DNA from: Raillietiella orientalis
Lineage: Eukaryota
Direction: 5' to 3'
Assembly (NCBI GenBank): GCA_036172245.1
Contig: JAYWIR010000001.1
Span: 2,852,001-2,916,000, forward strand
DNA length: 64,000 nucleotides
Part shown: positions 52,138 through 64,000 of the stretch, one piece after another
How the letters are laid out: each line of letters starts with the position of its first letter
Position numbering within the stretch: the stretch's first letter is position 1
Made by a program: the position numbers and the translations under genes
Notes under the pieces: model-generated
What the model was told of the DNA's origin: nothing
Databases searched by the model: none
The model's input: only the letters and a program-made list of their open reading frames with translations

Positions 52138-52762
52138 TCCGCGGAGCGATGCCAACACACTTCCGCTCGCTAGACACGGGGCGAGTGAATCCTGAGTGTG
52201 CCAGGTGCAGTAAGCGAAAGTCCCTCCCCCACCTGATTGTTGACTGTGTTGCCCTCCGACCCATCTGGGAACGTCTTGGTACTTACCCACGGATCCCGGT
52301 GGGCAGCCACCCCAGGGACGTTTTTCGGCTTCTCTTCCTGCAGGATGCCCTGCAGCCAGCCGCAGCACTGGCAGCAATTTGCTGCGTGCGAGGGATTGTA
52401 ACTGGCTGGAGCGAAGTCAGAAGACCAGAGAGGGATGCCGTCGAACTCTCAGTCCGCTACCTGCGGATTGCGACCAGATGACCCCATCTGGGAAGAATAC
52501 GGACGGACCTCGAGGGCATCCTAGAAAGGATAGGTCCTCCTTCCAGTGGACAGTGATCCCTTCCCGGCATTCCAAAATCTTTATATTTTTTCTTGTTTCA
52601 TTTTTCTTTTTGTTGTTTCCCCCATCCCCTTCCGCTGCCGAGAAGAGTCGCGCCGGTCTGCGTACCGGCGACGCGGCAGGTCCTGTTGTGTTGACCGTAA
52701 TGGGGCCTCGTACCACAAATTTATAGAGACTTTATAATAAACGCCCCGGCGTGACCGGGTGG
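52138..52762 (+). mobile_element. 5'-truncated LINE 3' fragment next to the 5' end of the full-length copy
   Basis: CARCSKRKSLPHLIVDC..LFLQDALQPA..RYLRIA, a pyrimidine-rich UTR and the terminal hairpin. Possible 7-bp TSD CAACCAG (52131 / 52763). Confidence 0.8.
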
Positions 52763-53924
52763 CAACCAGCAGCGTCCTCCAGATTAAGGAGCGCTGATAC
52801 GAGGTGCTCCCAAAACGCTGCAGTTCATCAACAGGTGCGACAGCGATTCGAACTTCCCGTACTTGGCACACTGAGGAAATCCCTCTCCTCGTGGGCTCGT
52901 GCTAATAGATTACTACGTCGTGTTGCCACCTGAGAGGAAGCACAGAGGTGGACACACACCCAGGAGAGAAACTACCAGTTCTTCCTGGAGCACAATCAAA
53001 AGTTTCACTCATTGGAGCAGTCCCTTGTCCCACATGTTTGGCGTAGCTGCATCGACCAGCTCCCTCGATGAGCATTCACTGAAGAGTCCTATCACTTTTT
53101 CAATCATCGTTTAGAAGGCAGAAAGGGCTCTAGACCCGTTCTTGGATGGTTAGTTTGCCTTGCCTTGCAGGCCTCAGCAAGAACCACTTTCGTTGGCCTC
53201 CGCTTTTGTTCCCTATTTCTTGTTTATCATTCTTCCTTCATAGAGAAGCTAAGAACCGATGGTCTCTTACAAAAACCCTTGGGGGGATCAAGTAGTTCAG
53301 AGATCATGCTGAAGGACTTGGTTGATCCACGTAGGAATATGGAGCTCAGAATTTAGGTGTTGAAGCCATTGGAACTCTAGCTGCGGTTCTGCGGTTCAGA
53401 TGGTTGTCCTGGTGGCGCAACGCTGACACGAACATTGATGTTTCGTAAAAAAAAAATTCTTTTCTTTTTGCGATGCCTGAGACGGGCATCCCCCTTGGTT
53501 GTTCATTCTTCTGGGAACGGTCGTCCCCTGATCGCGTTGGCTTGTCGTCCAGACCGCGGGGACGGGTGCCCCCCGGCTACCGGATGACTCGCACCCTTTT
53601 TCTGAGACTACGCCCTCGAGGGCAGGCAGCAGAGATACCGGAAGAAGACGGAGCCGGACCAGGCTGAGTTGCTGCACCAGATGAGGACGCGTCAGCGAGA
53701 ATTATTCGAGAAACTGGGAATGTGTGTGAGTGGGGGGCGGGGAAGGGGGGGGAAACGTTTCAGGAACGGCAACGGTGGAGTCAAGGTCGACGAAGGGCAA
53801 GGTCAGCGGCAGCGCAAGAACGTACGGATGGTCTACCGGCCCAGCCCTTACAAACCCGTGACGACCGTTGAAGCTACGAGGTGCCGCAAGCGAGCCATCG
53901 GCCTGGAGACGAGTAAGACATGGA

Positions 53925-54135
53925 GATGGGTCGACGATACGATTATCAGACATCGACACCGCGATCAGCCGACGCCCCTGAGATGAGCTGATAACACGAT
54001 GATCAGCCAAAGACAACAAGATGAGGCGGAGACCCGACAGAACATGCGTCATTGATACGACGATCGTCCATCGGCACAGTGATGAGCCGGCGACAAGGAG
54101 TGTTTACGTCACGATGATTAGCCAAAAACAACATT
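53925..54135 (+). repeat. Degenerate tandem duplication, period ~120 bp
   Basis: Translates as DDTIIRHRHRDQP..NTMISQRQQ and IDTTIVHRHSDEP..VTMISQKQH. Confidence 0.6.
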
Positions 54136-55969
54136 ATTGTTTCTCAGCTACCCTCCAACGTGCATTAGACTGCCAAGGATCGATGTCCCTGATTTCGTGC
54201 GACCACTGCAGGATGGATTCCTTAGGTTTCTCTCTACGACAAATGACTTCCTTGCTGGAACAACATTGTTAGATCTCGTGTCTTCACACCTATTACATTG
54301 CGTGGGGACTGCAGGAAACCGCGGATACCTGGACTAGTGGCTGAGATATCAACCCAGAAAAATTTCGTTGTGTTATTAACCTCGAGTGATGGGAGACTCG
54401 AGGAGGTGGGTCCGAACATCCGTCACAACTTTGCATCTAGAGTTGTCTTGTGATTTATTTAAAAAGCTCGAGGTATATATTATGGAAATGCTTTGGGTGC
54501 CTCTTGTACCATCCTCTCAAGAGGAAAGCAGTGGAATTTGCCAGCCAGAAAGAGGGAAGGTCTCTTGCATGGTTGAGGCAGAGAACAAGCTTCTGAGACA
54601 TGGTCACGAAGTCAGCTAAACGATATGGTTACACTGAATGTGTGAGCCCGGGGTACGGCGCGCTGTGCGGACCTTTGGACAACACGAGGAAGGAGCATAA
54701 GGAACTGGTGCTTTCCAAATCTATTTGAACACCTCTCCCGCACTCCAGCATACGACAGTGCCATTTTTGCACTAGGGTCTCCATGTAATTAGATGTGTCA
54801 TCAGTGGTCCCATAGGAGTTCCTATCCGAACTGCATAAGGTATGCTAGGATGTGATAATCTCGCATCTCTTCCTGGAGTGTAGTGCCTTCCTATTTGAAA
54901 GGAAGAGACTAGCCTCAGAACTCTTGTACCCACCGACACCCTATTGGATCTTGTTTCTTCTCCAGAGCTTCTCCACGGCCGCAGTAGTGAAGATATCGTG
55001 CTTCGCAGCATCGTGGTAATACGCCTGAGGCGAGAAAAACTTTAGGATACAATACGTTTATATATCTCTGGAGATTCCTATGATGCATCGAGTCAGCAAG
55101 TGACCTTACTTCACGATGTACTGCGAACATCTCGTCTGTATAGTGGAACGCATCAAGAGTGCAAGGACTTAACACTGAGTATCCTGACCTCCTCCCTGTA
55201 ATCACCCTACCAATCGTCCTTTTAAATTTGTTTTCCATTCCTTTATGTGCAGCCAACCAGCCATCTTGTTAAACAAAACTGCGCGTGGAAAGGTACTTTC
55301 CTTTACCTATTTTGGAGGGGGCTCGCTGATTTCTTCGTCGTATGTTTGTTTGGTTTTTCAATAACAGTCGCAGAGTTATTACCCAGAGTTAACGGACGGA
55401 GCTCCACCACTGGCTACACCCACAAATTAATCTTTTATACTAGTTCAACTTCCAAGAGTTCTCCTGTGGTAGTACCTGGGTTGGAATTAAGTGAACTAAA
55501 TACAAAAAAATATTTATTTGTCTTTTTGTCCATTCCTCTGGTAAAAATAGACAACTGAGCTGTATTTGTAACACCAGCTGTTCATGAAGTACCAAAAGAA
55601 AACGGAGTGGTGAAATGGATTCGGAAGTATACTGCAAGATGTATAATGGAAGGGTGTATGTCCTGAAGCATATGTCTGTCCAGGAGATCCCAGATGCTTT
55701 CAAGGAAGGTGGTACTCAGGGTGTTTCCTGACATTGGGACATGAAAGCAGGAATGCCGGTTTACCATTTAGCTGCAAAGTGCTATTTCGTGTTCAAAGGC
55801 ACCAGAGATAAGGGATTACTATATTAGAAAATAGATAGTTTATTTTATCTTGAAACGTCTGTAGTATCGACAGGTGGTGGTTCTGGCGACAGTGATGGAC
55901 GTATGAATGGGAGAAGTGTTTCTTGCTCATCCATGGTCTAGCTGGTTTTTTCCTATTGGAGTGAATGTC

Positions 55970-56215
55970 CAAGTTGATTATGGTCCATCGGACGTAACTT
56001 AGTTTTGAGTAGTCGCGTTCCCAATTGGCAAGTACTAAGACGTGGGGAGTATCGTAGTATTTGATCGATCCCTGGTATTTGGGATCGAAGAGTATTCCAT
56101 TTTTTAGGGACTCGATGAACCCGTATTGAACGAGTTCTTTCGCGTCCCTAGTGAAGTCTACAACGATAATAGGCTCTCCGTTGTATAAGTGAGCTGCGTC
56201 TGCCTTCTTGCAGCT
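55970..56215 (-). mobile_element. rep: Endogenous CRESS-DNA virus element: C-terminal SF3 helicase part of Rep (nanovirus/alphasatellite-like type)
   Basis: KKADAAHLYNGEPIIVVDFTR..YGFIESLKNGILFDPKYQG..PHVLVLANWERDYSKLSYVRW matches the recalled Walker B (hhhhD), E..KNG...KY, motif C (VxVxAN) and Arg-finger (LSxDRW) pattern. No Walker A or HUH domain is visible. Confidence 0.78.
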
Positions 56216-59200
56216 CTGCATGTTCTTGCAGCTGTGGATCGCACGACTTCTGAGGAAAATTTTTGCACTTCTCAAATACAAAGTCGATGCAAACTGGGAA
56301 CGATTCGCCATCCAGTTAAATGATTTACTTACTCAATGAGCACCATACTACATTTACTTCAGCGAGCCTCAGGGCGAAGGCCTTCTCGAGTTGGTAAGCC
56401 TCGTGGACCACAGGCTGTCTTACAGCATGCAATCCGCAAATTCGACGGAAAATAATAGTACAAGCATAATAGGACTTTATTGTTTCTGCAAATTGGGAAA
56501 TGGCAATTTGGAGCGGTTCAATGAATGTATTTTACCAAAGCTAGCAGCGTCGCACCAGAATGTTAAAATGAGATATGCTTGAGAGAAGCATTCAAAGTGC
56601 TGTACTTTGGACAGGAACATGTGTATTCAAATTTGCACCATAGTCCAAGAGTCAGAAAACATTTATAAATATCGACTAGTTCCTGTCATAATGTTTTTCC
56701 TAGAAGCATCTATGATAAACAATTAACTAGGCCGACAGTTGAATTTCAAAGACTTGAGTCCATAAAAACTAGACTTTTTACTGTGCTTTGCAGGCACTCC
56801 ATCTGTAGTGATGCAATCGATGGGTTTCAGTGAGCGATTGGGCAAAATATAATTCTTTTTTGAAAAGCTCCTTTCGGGAAATATTTACAATCTTACCAAA
56901 CGGTAGGTCTGAAGAAACAAGGAGAAAAACAACTGCCGAACGGTCTTGGGGCACCCATACTCAAGAACAAGCCAAAAAGGAAAACTACATCAAACCTTAA
57001 AAACCAAGTTCCGCAGGGTGATACTTTGAGATGAAGAATGCTTGACTGGGAATGGTTAGTAAATCTTAGAAGCAACAGAAGAGTCGGATTTTCGAAACTT
57101 ACTTAATGTTGTCAGAGTGCTCAGTGAAAATCTTGTAAAATCATTTCCTCATTAACCCTAAAAACAACATATTTCTATCTGACATGAGAGGATGAGATGG
57201 TAAAAATTAATTTTGCAGAAATATAGCTTTCTTACATAATGACACTACACAAAGAGAAGTATTAGGAATTGCAGGATCTTTCTATTTTGGTTATCAAGAT
57301 TCTCCTTCATTGAGTTTTGTTTGATATAAATAGTTGTGTTCCATGGGAATGCACAAGTGCCACACTCCAAGTATCAGTATGCCATATAACTAGATGAGTC
57401 TTGACTACATGCATAAACAAACATATATTTGTGTGCATGAATCTGCTGTATGTACAAACATCCTAAATGATATCTGATTCAAATCCAAGGTTCCAGTTAA
57501 TCTCATTATCATAAAAAGAATAAATGAGATAACAATCTCAAATCCATTACGGCAATTTAATAAGGATGTGATTTTTAAATAGTATATCATGGATATTTGT
57601 CTTTTCTTCATACTGAATTACTACTCGAAATTGGAAACTGGTGCTTCTTGAAAATACAAAACATCCAAGCATTCATAACCAATAAGGCTTTAATAATTAA
57701 AAAACCTCATCATAAAAACAAGTTAATTTATCTCAATGAAATAAATAAGCTGTCAACATGTAAAAGCTGCTTTTACCTAGGAATTATAATGTTCATTTAC
57801 TGGGCATTTCACACTTAAGAGCTTATCCAAATGAAAGACCTGATTGTGAACACTAATATCTTAAAAATTTAGTGGTTTTTTCCAATGAGCACTTAAAGAA
57901 TTGGTGCCATCATATACATTTCTGAATATCCAAGATGCTAGAATTATTCTAAAAGCTGTTGCACCTTCAAGCATTTAGATGTGCTTCTAGAATACCCTGG
58001 AAAGATTTGAAGCACCTATAATAAGCACTTCCCACGACATGTTCACTTTATATTATTTACAATAAAAACTTCTGTCGCACTTAATTTAGAAGGCGCTCTT
58101 CCCCTGGAGTACTTGTGCTTCTTTTATTTTTATGGATGCACATGCAGGCAATCTTACAAAACTCCCAAAAGAATATTAGCCAACAATTACACCTAAACAT
58201 CGAACATCCCCCTTCCACTGTGTATTGTCTGATGTACTTGACATTACGCTAAAACAGCCAAATGTATCTTTAAACTACAAGTTATTTATTTAACCTGAAC
58301 ACTTCAACTTCATAACATACTCAACATTGTACTCCATCAGCACTCTCATTCATTGCGCTGAATGTTGAAAAGTTACCAATTTGTTAGTTTCCATTAATCA
58401 AGTCGTTACCACAATATTTCTTCTGCGTAAATAACGAGAATTATTATAAAATCTTGCTTTTTCTACTGAAACCCAGAATAATTAATAATAATACACACAG
58501 ATTGCAAAATAAGTAATTCTGAATCCGGATAAATTAGGAAATCCATTTATCTTAAGCAAGTACAGTTTGGCTATTTTTAACCCGATCAGTTCTCACAATT
58601 TTTGAACCACACACGGCTTATTGTATTGCAAAATAAGTGGAAATCTTTGTAAATAATCTCCCCTACGTTTGATTATCAGAATTCTGAAATGCCCGCAAAT
58701 GGAAAATAAAGCCTTAAAAGGCCAATTACACTTAAAAAACACTCTTTGTGGCAGTAAATATAGTACTGCATCATGTTGCAGCTGTAACGTAGATTGCAAG
58801 CTCAAACTGCATCCTTAAATTCTTCAAAGTTGCGTGTTTCGTGGATAAGGAGTTACTGGTTACACGAATTCTTGTCTTGAAATGTAGAGCACGTTACACA
58901 CACGTAAATCTAAAAACTGATCTCAGATACTTGGCACCACTCCTTACCCAAATGTTGTTTCTGTCTGTATGCTGCCTTCTTTTCTCATAAAGGTAAGATA
59001 ATTATCTTACAGATTTCCACTTTCCTTCTGTACACCTATTACCTTATTGACCCATTACCAACGCCGTCCTAGGAAGTTCTCCAAATGCCCACCAACTCTT
59101 AACCAATGTTCATGCTCCTATTTTCCATGCTGTCGTCAGTATCATTAAAACAATCGGAAATACATTCCGATGCATATTCTGTTTCCGATGACTCCAAATA

Positions 59201-59941
59201 ACCACCTCTTTCTTGGGATACAGTATGTTTTCTTGATTTGGGTACAGTACACTGATTTACACAAGTCGATTTTCAGTCCTTTGCTTTGTTTTGTTTTCAA
59301 AAGCTGTTCCCGATTTTTTTAGCTGCTTAAAAAGTACTCCAGATCCGTACAAGCCATCTCTCCTTCCTCACTAAATTCAAACAATCTCACAATTATATCC
59401 TCAAGTTCTTCACCAAAAGCACAAAACTCCTTCGAAATTTTGCAACCCAAGAAACCATAATATGATAATCATAGTGATTGGTTTCCGAATCCAGATCACC
59501 TTTTGCAGTGTCTTCCTCCACTATGAAAGAAAGCTGTTGACATACTGTTCCTTCCGTAATCCTTAAATAGAAAACCGAGTAGGGTCAACATCCATTGTGG
59601 AGCCAAACGATTCTATTGCTTAATGTCCCAACAAAATCTTTCCATTTCTGTCGACAGGATAGATCATTACCTCACTTTGCATATATCTGCATCCAATATC
59701 AGCAGCTATTTCATCCATCTTCATAATCGAACTGGGAGGAACTGTGTCTGTTTGTGCCCAGGATTGGCACCCACAATGTCGTGTTAAGCACAATTTTCAT
59801 CCCGTTGTGCTTGCTGAGCTTCGTTCTTGCAATAAAGTTGATGAATTCTTGTTCCGATCGATTCAAAACTACCGCAGCTTCAAAGTTGTGAGGTTGAATT
59901 AGGAATTTTTCCTCCCCCAAAATATGAGAAAACAACATTCT

Positions 59942-59947
59942 TTTATT
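59942..59947 (-). promoter_or_regulatory. Candidate polyadenylation signal of norpA
   Basis: AATAAA on the minus strand ~80 nt after the stop codon; the AT-rich context makes a chance match possible. Confidence 0.4.
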
Positions 59948-60029
59948 CTGAATGCATCATTTTATAAATTAGTGATTATAATTAAATAGGAAAGTACTGG
60001 CTGCAATGGGTAGAATGCATTTTAGACGT

Positions 60030-62305
60030 TTAAACGCAGAATTCCCTTCTCGAAGAGAGCATATATTCTATTTCTTCAGCTTCACATGTTTCAATTGCCT
60101 AAATTGAACATAAGTTGACACGAACATTAAAAGTTTTCTTACTTTTCTTATTTCTTTCGCAAGCTCTTCTTGCTCGATCTCCTGTTGCTTTTTCAGTTTC
60201 TCCATTTCCTTTTTTTGCCTAAAACCTTCCATCTTCCTTTCTTCGATAAATTTTTTTGTATTATTCTGATGCTTCTCTCTTAACCTGCGTTCTCTTTCTG
60301 CTTTGTTCCCCAAGGTTTTATCATTAGATACCTCTCTAGCAGTTTCCACAGATGTTTTAGCCTGACGAATAGTGATTTCCTTATTTTGCCTACGAAAAGC
60401 AGAGACATTAATGATTTATGACGGTCTCATTACCTTTCGTGTTTGGCTTTCAATCGTTTAATTTGTGAGATGTGTACAAATTGCATCAGTCTTTTTAATA
60501 CGCATTCTTGCTCGAGAAGTTGCTTTTTCAATGTACTCCATTCCTCTTTATGGTGCTTTTCCAGCAACGATGACCATTCTTTTATTTGTTCTTCGACTAA
60601 CGATCTAACAACAGGATGGTTTTCCGGTTCATTTCTGCGAACACATAATGAACAAATAATGGTCCTATCACCAACTCAGGGAATGAAAATGAATATATTT
60701 CCCAGTAAACAGTGCCAGAAGAGCGTTAATAAACCCGATGATGACCATGGTATTATTTAGGGATCTCAAATATTAATCGAGTATTTTTAAGACAGCTCTG
60801 ACAATGGACTTACAGACCGAGTCAATTTGGTGAATTTAGGTTTGGAAGTATTTGGGACATTGGAATGATAAAACGGAAGCCCTACTTGTTTAGTACGCTC
60901 GTTACTACTACCATTATTTATACTGTTCTCTCGTCATGTCGCCCATCCAATAATAATTGCTGTTCGGATTCTTCAACTACAACAAATATGACAGGACTGT
61001 ATACGTACGTCTTAAGTGTTCTGAGTATTTTGTCAATGGATAAACACTGAGATTTTCTAGCAAGGAGCTTTTCTTTAGAATGCTGCTTTTTTAACAATTC
61101 AAATTCTTTTAGGTGGCGTTTCAGAGATTTCTGAAACATTTTCTCACTCTTAAGCATTTCCAGAGTGATCGGATCGAACTTGATCTCTTCATTTCCTGCA
61201 AACTCATGCCTCCTATTTAAGTTTCCCCATTCTGCAAAATCAACCTTTTTCCTTTTCATCTTTCCTAGGGACGATTCCTCCTTGCATGGTTTTGCCGCTG
61301 TAATTCATTCCTTGGACATCTTTGCTGTTGATGTCGGCCTCCTCGATGCCCATCGCTTTCATCTGGGCTGCTCTTTTCTCTTGGGCAGAAAGGAAAGCAC
61401 GCGGGTCGGAGAGAGCGTCCATGAGGTCTGAAACGAAGAGCGTCTGGAACCCGTTCGCCCAGTTCCTCTACAAACCTCCCATTCCATCAGGTACGTAAAT
61501 TTTCAGTTCGATGCTGCAAAACAGCATAGGAAGAGACATCGGGAAGTTTCCTTCTGTGCGCAAAGATATGTGGCGATAACCTGCTTGGAGCCCGTCAAGA
61601 GGAAGAATTCTCTGACCCAGCATCTTCCCATTTTCATCGTAAACACCGAAACGAAGAACAGCGAGATCAGGTAAGACTACCTGGATTCGGTTCGGACAGA
61701 TAAGATGGAAAACCTTCAGGTGATCACGTACTTTGCGGAAGACAAAAGGTTCCTCATTGTATACGGGATTCAGACCATTAGCGGGCACCATTCGCGTACG
61801 GAATTCTTTGCGTATGGTGTCAGTTGGCAGTCCGTACATGTCGACTTCGACGTAAGTCCCTATCTTTCTGTCTGATAGGAAACGGCCGGAAATGACGCGA
61901 ACAGTGCACTGGGCGGCGATGACACCATCAACGGGGGATTCCGCGAAGGGGTCGAAGTTCTTGTCGGCCCTGCGCATGAAGTCGGGTTTCAGGAGGTATC
62001 CGCAGTTCCCGTTGTATTCGAATTTTCCCTGATTCAGTTGCATGGGCAGGTCGGGAGTCTGGAAGTTGAGCGCTACCATCTGGCATCCAGCGTTCCAAAA
62101 GATCTGAATGCCATTTCATTAGTAGGAAAGGGAAACCAGGAATTTACCTGAGGCATGAAATTGGACGAATCGGCTCGGGTGCCCTTTGGGTAGATGCGGC
62201 TCAGCTGCCGCTTGTTGTAGTTCACGAATTCTATGGCCTGAGACTTCAAGTGCCCTAGAGCGGTTGTTTCCGGATACGAAGACATTTGAAAGTGCAGGTT
62301 GCGCT
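60030..62305 (-). CDS. norpA: Phosphoinositide phospholipase C beta, NorpA/PLCB4 type; 3' portion (Y box, C2, C-terminal coiled coil); upstream exons probably beyond the window
   Basis: Phase-consistent GT-AG exons (minus): 62305-62148, 62103-61732, 61680-61476, 61427-61245, 61195-61009, 60634-60434, 60389-60143, 60098-60030. Peptides [53 protein letters not shown] and [26 protein letters not shown] closely match NorpA/PLCB4 as I recall them. The protein ends REFCV*. Confidence 0.93.
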
Positions 62306-62619
62306 CTGAAACGCAAAGCATCCTGAACTCGGAGATTCGGGAAGATGTTCGCTGAGCCGAGCCCAGATGCTCAGATGATTTCAGGAGCCGAGCACAGATG
62401 AAAGGTGAGCTCCCGTTCAAGAAAACAGAATGGCCTTTCGTCTAGACGTTTCTCGTATCGCCCTCGTAATCTCCCATCCGCAGTTTGTTGGCCAGTCGGA
62501 AGAATAACTGACCAACAAACCGGGAAAAGGAAAATCGAGCAAAAGGACAGAGCTGAAGCATTCGCATTTCGGGTGGTGAAAGAGGTTCGACTTCTGATGA
62601 TGACTTCTTCCATTCCCGT

Positions 62620-63200
62620 TTCCATGACGAGCCTGGTGACACGGGTTTTATTTTTTCTTGGTTCGCTACGTTCTTGGTCTGGAGACTCACGAAGCTCCTC
62701 AACACTGTTCCTTGTCACCTGGGGGTGACTCTTTCAATTAGGGGGTAGCCCAGGAGGGGACCACCCTGTGAATCCAGAAAGGCTCCGAAGGAAGGGAGTC
62801 CGTTCCTCTCACTCTTGGTAGAAGAACAGCGAAGGGAACCTTTTCCCTATTCTCTCCGGAGGGACTCCCAGGAGGAGGCCAATCCTCGTTTCTTCTTCGA
62901 AGGGAACCCGGAAGGGATCCGCTGCTGGAATTTGTTCTCCGCAAGGGAACCGCTCCTTGTTTTTCCTCCTCCTCTGAAGAGAAGAACCCCAAAGGGACGC
63001 CTCCAGATTTCTCTGGAGGGTTCTTCTTCACATTCCGGAGAGGTGTCGGTCCACCAGCTCCATGGTACGAGATGGCTGGCTCCATCTTCGCAACCGAGAG
63101 GAAACCCGAAGGGTTTCTCGATACCTGGAGGGATCCCCGGAGGGTCGACCTCCAATCTCGGTCTGTCAACGGGGGCAACCGACTTCCACTTGTTCCACAC
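62620..63200 (-). repeat. Unclassified dispersed repeat 'family B', in the norpA intron
   Basis: Aligns with 19440-19790 (RDWxST.RG..KMEP.I.YHGA.G.TPL) and with 20720-21200 and 22975-23300 (CTGGATTCAYAGGGTG..GAGCT.CGTGAG). Confidence 0.75.
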
Positions 63201-64000
63201 CCGAATGCAGTCCAGCCAGAGTCATCTTTCGGGAAGACCTAGAAACTCCCACAGCGCACCCGTTTCTCTGGAGTCGATGCTTCACGGATATTAACACACG
63301 CAACGCTGGGTGCCACGCTCAGAGACCACAACCACACGGCCGCCAACACGGGCCGGTGGCACAGAAGAATCTCTAGACAACCATTATCGAAAGAGACAGA
63401 AGGGTTGATGAGAGTTTTTGGAGGTGGTGAAATGACTTTAAAGCGACCGTTTTCAATCTAAATAATCAATGAAATGAGGGAAAGGAAAAAAATGGCAAGC
63501 ACTCGACTCGTCGAGAGAGAACTTGAAGTTCCATTCCGTCTTTCTTCACGACCGAAATAATGCCAGGAAGGAGACCACGATCCACACGCATGGAAGTTTC
63601 AGACGAGACAAAGTTGGGTTGGGAATTCCTCACGGGATGACTGCAGCTGGAAGTTATCGAAAATAATTGCAGCATCACGCCCACATGACTGTTCTTAGAA
63701 TAACCGTCCTCGAGGTAATTGCGAGGTCATCTGCATGGCGAAGCCAAGAAACGAGGCAAACCGCAACGGGAACTTCTCTTGACTCAGTGAGGCTTCGTGA
63801 ATCGAAAGGGAGCAGCAAGCATTTATCCAGCGGGAGGTACAGCAGTCAGCCAGATGCTTGATGGGGGACCACTGTTTCAAGGCCGTCCGGGCGTGCACGG
63901 AAACGCCTTCGTGGTTGATCGTGGTTTGAACGACAAGGGTCTCGAGGAATGCCGAGGAACACTGTCCTTGAGTATCGCAGGAAACGCGGCTTATCTGGAT

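Noticed and set aside
55700..56500. CRESS origin stem-loop (TAGTATTAC-type nonanucleotide)
   Set aside because: No matching nonanucleotide in a hairpin was seen near the Rep fragment.
60977..61008. 32-nt intron in norpA
   Set aside because: It creates an immediate stop; the acceptor before 60634 gives the correct phase and continued similarity.
1..64000. CRISPR arrays, tRNA/rRNA genes, prokaryotic operons
   Set aside because: No regular repeat-spacer array or recognisable structural RNA gene was seen, and spliceosomal introns show the DNA is eukaryotic.

Overview
This is eukaryotic DNA, very likely from an arthropod. It holds two convergent, intron-containing host genes: a Meltrin/ADAM12-type ADAM metalloprotease (+, ~31.8-40.9 kb, 15 phase-consistent exons, signal-peptide exon not found) and the 3' half of a NorpA/PLC-beta4 phospholipase C (-, 62305-60030, ending EFCV*). 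Many introns are only 44-55 nt. Between the two genes is a nest of decayed L1/Tx1-type non-LTR retrotransposons: one near full-length minus-strand copy with two family members inserted in its endonuclease gene, plus a fragment of a CRESS-DNA virus Rep helicase (endogenous viral element). The first 27 kb is GC/CpG-rich, low-complexity sequence with more fragments of the same LINE family, a second unclassified dispersed repeat and two inverted-repeat pairs. The most notable signal is the LINE 3' end: six copies end in AATAAA (or a variant) plus a CCCGG-N5-CCGGG hairpin with little or no poly(A), and a second covarying stem-loop lies upstream. All calls come from manual reading and recalled family motifs; no searches were run.
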